From: an uncultured Bacteroidales bacterium
GTDB taxonomy: Bacteria > Bacteroidota > Bacteroidia > Bacteroidales > VadinHA17
Length of the DNA: 64,000 bases
Reading direction: 5' to 3'
Assembly (NCBI GenBank): GCA_963746685.1
Contig: CAVVBY010000033.1
Coordinates: 472,386 to 536,385, forward strand
The notes under the pieces: model-generated
What the model was told of the DNA's origin: nothing
The model's database searches: none
The model's input: only the letters and a program-made list of their open reading frames with translations
Translations under genes and position numbers: made by a program
Shown: positions 56,418 through 64,000 of the stretch, one piece after another
Numbering within the stretch: the first letter of the stretch is position 1
Layout: each line of letters begins with the position of its first letter

Positions 56418-57847
56418 TTAATAGGGTATTGTTACCGTAAATATACTACCTTTTCCCGGTTTACTGCTAACTGTAACGTCTCCTCCGTGGGCTTCAGCGA
56501 TTTTTTTAACATAATAGAGGCCAAGACCCAGACCTTTGTACTTGTGTATGTTTCCGGTTGATGCGCGATAAAACTTGTCAAAAATATGTTTCTGATCGTT
56601 TTTGCTGATGCCTATTCCATTATCAGCTACTTTAATGCAAACATTATTATCTTCGGTAAAACCTTCAATTTCTATAACAGGGTCGGTTTCGGAATACTTT
56701 ACTGCATTTGAAAGAAGATTGTTCATCAGAGTCGTGAAATAGACAGGGTCGAGATCCACACTTACATCATTAAAGTTATATTTCTGGGTTAATGAAGCAC
56801 CGTTTCCGCCACCCTGATTTAAAGCTTTCGATGATATCATTCATAACATCCTCAATCTTGACTTTTTTCTTGTCAAGCTGAAACTGTGTCCTTTCCAACA
56901 TGCTTATTTCAAGTATCATGTTTATCAGCTGGTTCAGATGGATACTCTGCTTCCCGATCATTTTGGCTGTTTCACGTATCCTTGCTTCATCTGTTAATAT
57001 CGCAGGGAGCTCAAGAGTTTTACCGGCTACAGTGATTGTGGATAAAGGCGTCTTAAGTTCATGAGTCATATTATTAATGAAGTCAGTCTTCAGATTTGAC
57101 AATCGTTTTTCCTCCATCAGGTTTTTGTAAGTGATATAGGAAAAGGATAACAACCAGAAGGACACTGAAAAGACTGAGGGCCAGGGAGGCTGCTGTTTCC
57201 CTTAGAATTATTTGCTGTTTATCTGAAAAATCGATTAAATATTCAAAATCAAGCCTGTAAGAATTTGTTCTCATTCCCGTATCTTTTTACGAGTATCTCT
57301 GAAGTACGTCTGCGGCGGCCTCATCATTCCCGGGGGAGGCACCGGTTCTGTCTAAGAGTGTCGCTTTGCTGCGGGGGCCGGCGATTGGCATACTCTTCGC
57401 TTAAATAAACAGGAATTCTCTGGTCAAAATTGATCAGCTCAAAACGGTTGATAACTATTTTACTGTTGAAGTCTTTGTCAATGCCGCGTCTTTCAAAAAA
57501 CCTTGAAAGCCATTGTGACAGATCCTGCTCCTTATTTAATACCAGGGTTACGTATTTATAGAGATCCTTCTTTTCTTTGACAGTCAGTGAATCGGCTTTT
57601 CATATTGGCTAACTCTTTCAGAACCATTTCAGATTTCACACCGATCAGAAATACGCGCCGTATCAAATCCATCGGTCGCCCATTGCCTGTCCATAACGTC
57701 AAGTGCATCCTGTGAAAACAGTCTGTACCTGAGGTTGAACATTTCATCTTTCTGTTTCCAGACACCTCTTATGATAATGATCTGAGCAGTTATCAGGATT
57801 ATTATTGAAAAGATGCCAAGGATAAGGACAGTATTTCTTTTTTTCAT
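56418..57847 (-). pseudogene. sensor histidine kinase, at least 4 frame disruptions
   Basis: N-terminal TM helix (ORF 57629-57847), a second TM helix (ORF 57083-57274), the H-box MTHELKTPL (ORF 56776-57165), and N/G boxes NAVKYS, DNGIGI, GLGLGL (ORF 56418-56840). Confidence 0.85.
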
Positions 57848-57960
57848 ATTTTTCCAATTACCTTTTCAAAAGTATTCAAATTATCAATATATCGGAATTC
57901 TACCCTAAACATTAACCCAGCGTTAACCCTGCATTAACAATAAAACAGAGAACAGGGCAC

Positions 57961-57968
57961 TATCTTTG
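57961..57968 (+). promoter_or_regulatory. Bacteroidota -7 box (TAnnTTTG)
   Basis: TATCTTTG, 28 nt upstream of ATG 57997. Confidence 0.45.
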
Positions 57969-57996
57969 ACATAAGAATATAAAAAACAGGGTAGTC

Positions 57997-58715
57997 ATGA
58001 AAAAGATCAGGTTTATTTTAATAGCAGTTTCCCTCATATCATTCTGCGCTCTTTCCGGACCGGCAGCTGGCCCAGGAAAAGAATAAGGAGGAGAAGGAGA
58101 AGGAATTAAGGATGCAGGAAGAGATCGACGCGCAGAAGAAAGCGATTTCTGAACAGAAGAAAGCTCAGTTTGAGGTCCAAAAAGCATTGCAGGAAAGTCA
58201 GAAGGAGATCGACAAAGCAATGAAGGAAGCCCAGCAGCAGCTTGAGGATTCAGGCAAGTACAAAGATATGATGCGGGTCTTCAGGGGCACAGGCAACAGG
58301 TCACGCTTTGGCGTTGAACCTTTTCCCGGGGAACAATTTATGTTTACACCGGGCATGGAAGGATTCAACTGGTATTCGCACAGCGGTGATAACGAAAGAA
58401 CTTCATGGGATTTCTCTAAATCAGTAAAAGAGAGTTCTTTCTCGCGCGATTATGTATTCGATGTTGATCTTTCCAGCACAGTGGTGATGTCTGTAAACGG
58501 CGAGTGCAAGCAGGGTGAGATCAGGATAAAGATCGTTATGCCGAATGGTAAGGTATATTCTGATATAATGATTGACGAGTTTGGAAATCTCAACTGGAGG
58601 AAATCATTTCCGGTAAGCTGAAGAGGAAAACAAGGACAAGGCAGGAGCATGGAAATTCCAGATAAATGCTTCGAAAGCAACAGGATTTTTCAAAATATCT
58701 CTTCAGACTTACTAG
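57997..58715 (+). pseudogene. secreted hypothetical protein (coiled-coil region + beta-rich C-terminal domain), frame changes near 58075 and 58620
   Basis: Signal peptide MKKIRFILIAVSLISFCALS starts at ATG 57997, then ORF 58112-58621. The C-terminal continuation EEENKDKAGAWKFQINASKATGFFKISLQTY is in a third frame (stop 58713-58715). Confidence 0.5.
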
Positions 58716-58734
58716 TTTTTTTCATTCCTTTACT

Positions 58735-58766
58735 GAAGAGGCTGGCAGGGGGTTGCCGGCCTCTTC
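58735..58766. terminator. GC-rich hairpin between convergent genes (hypothetical + / M14 -)
   Basis: GAAGAGGCTGGCA-GGGGGT-TGCCGGCCTCTTC, followed by AATTTTAAT. Confidence 0.65.
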
Positions 58767-58770
58767 AATT

Positions 58771-60499
58771 TTAATCCGACTGAGCCGAGGTCCGTCCTCC
58801 CTTGACACTTTCAACCCTTACGGTGAATTTGCTTCCGTCCTTCACTATCCATTTCAGGTCAACATGTGAATAACCTTCGATATTTGAAATCTCAAGCCTC
58901 TGAGGATCTTTCTTCTGTTCCTGGTTTAAACTCCTGTCTTTATCAAGGACAATCATTCCTGCGACCACTTTGCCACCATCAAGATAAGCATAATCTGGAG
59001 GATCAATTTTGTATTTCAGGTTGGTGCCTGAATGAGTCGGCATCAATTGTTTGTTTTCAACTGTTGCAGTCACCTCTTTAAGGCCTCCTCCCAGGTTTTT
59101 GATTTTAATATCCTTAACCTCCAGTTTAGGAGTCACCCATGCATTATAAATACAGAATGCAGCGTTCCGGTGAGCATCGCTTTCAAGCAAAAAACCAGGG
59201 TGTGTCCGGCCAAAATTCTTATTAAAGCCTCCTATTTCCACCTTCCCGTAAACAGGATGATCGAATTCCTTCCAGGGTATGAAAGCATCTTCAAAGAGAA
59301 GTAGCTTATCAAACTCATATGTATCGACGTCTGAAGTGTCATTGAACATCATGAAATCGTTCCAGAGCTCATTTGAAAAAACATAGCTTCCCATGGCTCC
59401 GTACCACCAGTCGAGTTCACCACCGTAAACAGTGTACATATCTTTCCAGATGGTTATAAATTTATAACCGGGGATTATTTTTTCACCTTTTTTCCCAATT
59501 GAATTTATCACAGCTTCATCAGCACGGCTGAACACTTCAGCTCCTGCCGCTCTGTATAGACGGGCCTCTTAAAATCAGTCCGCCTGAGTTATGAAATGAC
59601 TGTGATCCTGTAATATTCCTGTGTTTGAATCCAAAGTCCCTTACAGCCTGGTTCTCCGGGAATGAAAATGGATATTTCCCTGCACCCTGCTGAACATATG
59701 CAGGTTCCCAGTTAAAACCGTAATCGCGATTAGGATCATAGCCGCCGATACCATCCTCATTTACCTGGCCATCGCCATCATTATCAATACCCTCCAGCCC
59801 GAGGATCTCATATTCTCCCTTTTCTCCCGGTGTTGCCCTGACCATCCGCCGGGGATCTTTCGGATCAGTGTTATAAGTTCCATAAGCACTTTTTCTTCTC
59901 ATCATGCTGATGATGCCGTCATTGTTCAGATCATCGTATTTATCCTCATCATACAATCCGTCACGGTCGTTATCCATCGGAACGAGTCCTGATCTGGGAG
60001 AACTTGCTGTATTCGGCTCATCCATAAAATACTGACGGGCATCAGGATTAATTGTAGGTAAAATATAGAAGGTCTTGTCTTTGAGCAGTTCGTTTATGAA
60101 TTTGTTTTCATCGTACATTTCACATAGATACCATGCCGTATAAAGGGCCATCTCGGTTCCCTGGATCTCGTTAGAATGTATATTGCCGTCGATATAAAAG
60201 CCCGGCTTGAAATCAGGATTCCCTGCTTTTTTATCTGATATTGTAAGAGCAATAATTTCCCTTCCCTGGTAAGATTTGCCGGCAGATTCCATAGTTACCA
60301 GGTCGGGGTACTCTTTTGCAAGCTTTTTGCACACTTCAGTTATGCCATCATATGTATAATATTTGTTCCAGGAAGCCTGAACCCTGGGATTGGCCGGAGA
60401 CCCGGCAGCCTTAAAGAACAATTCAGCATTCTGCGATTGCAGGGGCAGGGAGATGGTTAAAATAAGCAGGGGAAATATGAAATTGTAATATCTTTTCAT
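58771..60499 (-). pseudogene. M14-family zinc carboxypeptidase (catalytic residues present), frame change near 59550
   Basis: Signal peptide. Zinc motif IHSNE (HxxE), second His in SFHNSGG, catalytic-Glu context FSNELW, and Asp-rich inserts (DNDRDGLYDEDKYDDLNNDG, DNDGDGQVNEDG). Confidence 0.8.
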
Positions 60500-60559
60500 G
60501 ATGATATGTGTTTGATATAATTGAAATATAGTTGATATATAATTGATTGTATTTTGATG

Positions 60560-62230
60560 CTATTTTAGTTCAATTGAAGTGATAACCTGGCCTACATTAG
60601 CTGCACCGGCATTTATTCCGACCCGGCCTTTGCCTGAAATGAGCCAGCTGAATTCAGCTGATTCATCCCCCTGAAGTCTTTGAACTCTCTGTACTTTAAG
60701 TCCGCTTAGTATAGTTTGACCTCCTGAAGGTTCAACAGACAGTCTCATAATCCTTGTCCAGATATTCGGTTCACCTATTTCGGTGTTTGTTGCAAACAGG
60801 CCTTTGTTATGAACCTTCAGCGATAATCTGAAGATATTTTCACCCGCATCTTCAATCTTGATGTCAAGAAATTCAAGTTCGGGGTGCATGGCTGATATGG
60901 CAGTGATAAATTTATAATGTAAGGAAATGAGATCACCGATCGTGTCCTGAGGAGGATTTATAACTGCAAAGGGTTTAATTCCGCCGACCTCGACTGTTTT
61001 TCCGGGAAAGTCGGGGTGAACTATCGGGGTCCAGGGAACAAAAGCATCCTTCATGTTGATTTTATCTGCAAACTTCAGGAATGCAGCCTCGGCACTTTTG
61101 CCCTTTTCCACGGTTAGCCACCAGCCCGGGGTACTGAAACTGTATCTCCCGTAATGAAAATAAGCCCATTCCATAAAGTTCCCCTGGTCGGAAATTGCTG
61201 AAGGAGCACCTTTGAATCCGGTGATCTCATGATATTTATCTGAGACAAGCTTATTGATAAGTTCATCAGTTTTCAGAATAGAAGTGATCCTGCCTCTTTC
61301 CCTCCGCATCATTCCCTGTTCAGGAGGCTGATTCTGAGCCTGATCCTGCGTTGCCCCTGGCCGTTCCGATGCTTTCATGGGCTGACCAAGATTGTCCTGA
61401 GGACCAAAAGAAAATACCATATAAATATTGAACCGGTCATACAGGAAATCAACAACTGCCCTTGTCTCCGGCTCGGAAACAGGATAGAGTCCGGCATTAG
61501 GGCCAAACTCTTCATAATTGTATGTAAGATTTCTGTTGAAATTGACTCCTCCAGGACCATCTTCATTGAAACGGCCATCCTTGTCATTATCTGTTCCTTC
61601 GCTGTAAACCAGATAATTGCCTGTCTGGCCTTTTGAAATATCAGCTGTTACCATCACTCTTTTATCTTCGTCACTTTCAATAAAATTGCCTGCAGGGTCC
61701 TTTATGCGAATAAGAGTTATAAGGCCATCCTTATTCAGGTCTTCGCAGGGATCTTCGTCATATAAAAAATCCCTGTCCTCATCGGTGGTTCTTGAATTCT
61801 GGCTTCTTTCATATTTCAGTCCGGAGAAGAATTGATCTGAAGCATCAGGACTTACATCAGGAATAACATAGAATGTGATCTTGCTGAGTAGTTCTCTTAT
61901 GTCGTTTTCAGATGAGTTTTTGAGAATACTTTCAGCAAAACCAAAGGCCAGTTCCCTGCCGATCAGATACTTTCCGTCAACGCCTCCCACGACTGCAACA
62001 CCAGGCTTGCTGTCTCTGGTTCCAGTGCCTATAGTGATTAGCCAGATATCCTTTCCACCGGCGGTTTTTATGAGCGACTTTACTGAACATAAATCAGGAT
62101 ATTGCCTGCCGAGCGCCTCAATCTTTTTTGATATCTGGCTGTGATCCTGGTACTGACCCATAACTGAAGTCAATGGAGCCATAAACATGCCAATTACTGC
62201 CAGGATGAGTATTCCGGAATGGATTTTCAT
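60560..62230 (-). CDS. M14 peptidase-like protein lacking the zinc/catalytic residues (probable non-catalytic paralog)
   Basis: 556-aa intact ORF, collinear with the neighbouring M14 gene (QYPDL, Asp-rich inserts DEDRDFLYDEDPCEDLNKDG, DNDKDGRFNEDG). HxxE is replaced by DGKY, the second His by Gly (SFGPQDN), and the Glu context by FSTPGWW. Confidence 0.7.
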   Translation of the reverse strand: MKIHSGILILAVIGMFMAPLTSVMGQYQDHSQISKKIEALGRQYPDLCSVKSLIKTAGGKDIWLITIGTGTRDSKPGVAVVGGVDGKYLIGRELAFGFAESILKNSSENDIRELLSKITFYVIPDVSPDASDQFFSGLKYERSQNSRTTDEDRDFLYDEDPCEDLNKDGLITLIRIKDPAGNFIESDEDKRVMVTADISKGQTGNYLVYSEGTDNDKDGRFNEDGPGGVNFNRNLTYNYEEFGPNAGLYPVSEPETRAVVDFLYDRFNIYMVFSFGPQDNLGQPMKASERPGATQDQAQNQPPEQGMMRRERGRITSILKTDELINKLVSDKYHEITGFKGAPSAISDQGNFMEWAYFHYGRYSFSTPGWWLTVEKGKSAEAAFLKFADKINMKDAFVPWTPIVHPDFPGKTVEVGGIKPFAVINPPQDTIGDLISLHYKFITAISAMHPELEFLDIKIEDAGENIFRLSLKVHNKGLFATNTEIGEPNIWTRIMRLSVEPSGGQTILSGLKVQRVQRLQGDESAEFSWLISGKGRVGINAGAANVGQVITSIELK

Positions 62231-62326
62231 TATTATAATAATTTATTGATAACAGACAGATTTTGCATAGTTCAAAAATATATATATTTATTAACTACCG
62301 AATGTTTAATTATAAAAATATGGGAA

Positions 62327-62451
62327 GAGATTCCTCACAACGTACGGAATGATACATTTTTTTAAATAAAGAATCAGATTCGCAGAGCGAATCCGCTCCT
62401 TTATCCCTTGTCTCCAACAAGAATTGTCATTCCGAGTGCAGCGAGCATATC
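62327..62451. repeat. inverted pair of TCATTCCG...GAG..ATC words flanking a small hairpin (GATTCGC-AGA-GCGAATC at 62377-62393)
   Basis: GAGATTCCTCACAACGTACGGAATGA (62327-62352) and TCATTCCGAGTGCAGCGAGCATATC (62427-62451). The terminal 8 bp, CGGAATGA/TCATTCCG, are perfectly inverted. Confidence 0.55.
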
Positions 62452-62535
62452 AACTGATCTTCCTCATGTTAAATCGGAACTATTGATAGTAATTAATTTA
62501 TTTTTGATACATAAACCTTTTCAAATGTTATATGT

Positions 62536-62543
62536 TATTTTTG
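62536..62543 (+). promoter_or_regulatory. Bacteroidota -7 box (TAnnTTTG)
   Basis: TATTTTTG, 24 nt upstream of the znuA ATG. Confidence 0.45.
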
Positions 62544-62567
62544 TATCCTGACTGAAATTGGTGCCTG

Positions 62568-63437
62568 ATGAAAAGAATAGCCAGCTTCCTTATACTTGTT
62601 CTGATAATTTCGTGCGGAAGGCGAAATGAAACTGGCAGCAAAATTATATCTGTCAGCATCGGTCCATTTAAATATTTTGTGGAAGAAATAGCAGGGAATA
62701 ATTTTGAAGTAAATGTTATGGTCCCGCCTGGATCAAATCCTCATATTTATGAACCTTACCCTGACCAGATAAACAAGCTGAGGCAATCAGTTGCCTATAT
62801 CAGCAACGGGTATCTGGGATTTGAGATGACCTGGCTTGATCGTTTCTATGAAATGAACAGGAGCATGAAAAAGCTGTCGCTTGGTGATAATATTGATCCG
62901 ATAGTTCCAGAGCATCATGATGAGGGTGATCATTCTGAGGGTGCCGATCCTCATTACTGGGTGTCGCCAAAATGTGCAATGAAGATGGCTTCTTCTGTCA
63001 GGGAGTTTCTAGTTGAGCTTGATCCCCGGAACAGGGAGCAATACGATGAAAACTATAAAATCCTGACCGGAAAAATCAAAGAGGTCGACTCTCTGGCAAA
63101 AGAGCTCTCTGCATCCGGAGGTAAAAAAGCATTTATGATCTATCATCCAAACCTTGGATACCTGGCAAGAGATTACGGACTGGAAGAGATAGCCGTCGAG
63201 AATGATGGCAAGGAACCTTCTCCTTCAAGGTTAAGGGAACTTATCGACCTGGCGAAAGAAGATAATTTAAAAGTGATAATGGTTCAGAGGGAATATGATA
63301 CAAGAAATGCCAGGGCAATCGCTGAGGAAACCGGCAGCAGTGTGGTGGTGATCGATCCCTTGTCTGAGGACTGGTACTCATCGACAACCGGGATAATAAG
63401 AATTATAAAGGATAGCTTTGCAGGAAATCTTAAATAG
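62568..63437 (+). CDS. znuA: metal (zinc-type) ABC transporter substrate-binding lipoprotein
   Basis: 289 aa with the lipobox LIISCG, the ZnuA/TroA cluster-9 pattern (NPHIYEP, DPHYWVSP) and a His/Asp/Glu-rich loop EHHDEGDHSEG. Confidence 0.82.
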   Translation: MKRIASFLILVLIISCGRRNETGSKIISVSIGPFKYFVEEIAGNNFEVNVMVPPGSNPHIYEPYPDQINKLRQSVAYISNGYLGFEMTWLDRFYEMNRSMKKLSLGDNIDPIVPEHHDEGDHSEGADPHYWVSPKCAMKMASSVREFLVELDPRNREQYDENYKILTGKIKEVDSLAKELSASGGKKAFMIYHPNLGYLARDYGLEEIAVENDGKEPSPSRLRELIDLAKEDNLKVIMVQREYDTRNARAIAEETGSSVVVIDPLSEDWYSSTTGIIRIIKDSFAGNLK

Positions 63438-63446
63438 ACCGGGAAT

Positions 63447-64000
63447 ATGTCAGTCTGTCTGCTTGAAATGTTTTCAGTATCGGTTTCTTATGGGAGCAAT
63501 ATTGCTCTTCAGGATGCTGATCTGAAAGTATATGATAATGACTTCATCGGGGTAATTGGCCCGAACGGAGGAGGAAAGACAACCCTGCTTAAAGTCATTC
63601 TGGGGCTTGTAAAACCTTTTAAAGGCAGGCTGGAGTTTAATCAGGAGCTTCTTGACAGGAACAAAATAGGTTATCTGCCTCAGATGTCGACTGGCGACAA
63701 TAATTTCCCTCTGACTGTAAAAGATGTAATACTTTCAGGGCTGATGATGCAGAAGGGAGTGATCTCAATGATGTCATTGTCAGACAAGAAGAGAGCCAGC
63801 CAGGTTATTGAGGAACTGGGACTTTCCGAATTGTCAGGTTCATCGTTAAGTGAACTTTCAGGAGGCCAGCTTCAGAGGGTTTTTCTGGGAAGGGCAGTTA
63901 TTGGTGATCCGAAGCTCCTGCTTCTTGATGAACCTGGTAATTTTGTTGATACCAACTTCGAGAATGATTTTTATGAAAAGCTCAGGGTATTGAACAGACG
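63447..64000 (+). CDS. znuC: metal ABC transporter ATP-binding protein (3' end outside window)
   Basis: The frame from ATG 63447 shows Walker A GPNGGGKTT, the Q-loop YLPQ, the signature LSGGQLQR and Walker B LLLLDEP. Confidence 0.85.
   Translation, partial: MSVCLLEMFSVSVSYGSNIALQDADLKVYDNDFIGVIGPNGGGKTTLLKVILGLVKPFKGRLEFNQELLDRNKIGYLPQMSTGDNNFPLTVKDVILSGLMMQKGVISMMSLSDKKRASQVIEELGLSELSGSSLSELSGGQLQRVFLGRAVIGDPKLLLLDEPGNFVDTNFENDFYEKLRVLNR

Noticed and set aside
57300-57400. GC-rich patch inside the kinase sensor region as a foreign insertion.
   Set aside because: It is about 100 bp with no flanking direct repeats, and it is translatable as a Pro/Arg/Ala-rich linker continuous with the kinase. 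There is not enough evidence for an insertion.

Overview
This window looks like an ordinary, housekeeping-dominated chromosomal segment of a Bacteroidota genome. It holds about 53 protein genes and is roughly 90% coding. I recognise no rRNA, tRNA, CRISPR array, transposase, integrase or phage genes.

The phylum call rests on: gldB; a protein ending in a T9SS C-terminal sorting domain (WPNPASDYINL ... GIYTLII); DUF5686, DUF4294 and DUF1573 family proteins; a MurF-Alr fusion; a futalosine-pathway radical-SAM gene; and repeated TAnnTTTG -7 promoter boxes.

Gene content includes:
- C1 and glycine metabolism: fhs, gcvP.
- Cell wall: ddl, murF-alr, a PASTA protein.
- RNA modification: rluD, rsmG, rsmI, tgt, thpR.
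- Other core functions: dnaB, rpmH, ispE, nadE, tdk, pcm.
- Metabolic and accessory genes: a GH2 beta-galactosidase, a carboxyltransferase plus biotin carrier pair, meaB.
- Regulation and transport: an OmpR-type two-component system, two tandem M14 peptidase-like genes, and znuA/znuC.

The dominant signal is that about half of the genes are interrupted by single-nucleotide frame changes. I traced on the order of fifty by eye, and they are distributed very unevenly. The likeliest cause is uncorrected indel errors in the assembly. Genuine gene decay is the alternative.

I do not see convincing evidence for a novel multi-gene system such as a defence island, mobile element or biosynthetic cluster. 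The best leads are:
- a tandem M14 pair in which one copy has lost every catalytic and zinc residue;
- a Tgt lacking the canonical CxCxxC zinc triad;
- a membrane-tethered AraC-TPR regulator next to a beta-helix lipoprotein;
- several structured intergenic repeat families, including a nested palindrome that runs into the gcvP reading frame.

All calls are by-eye motif and family recognition. No searches were run.
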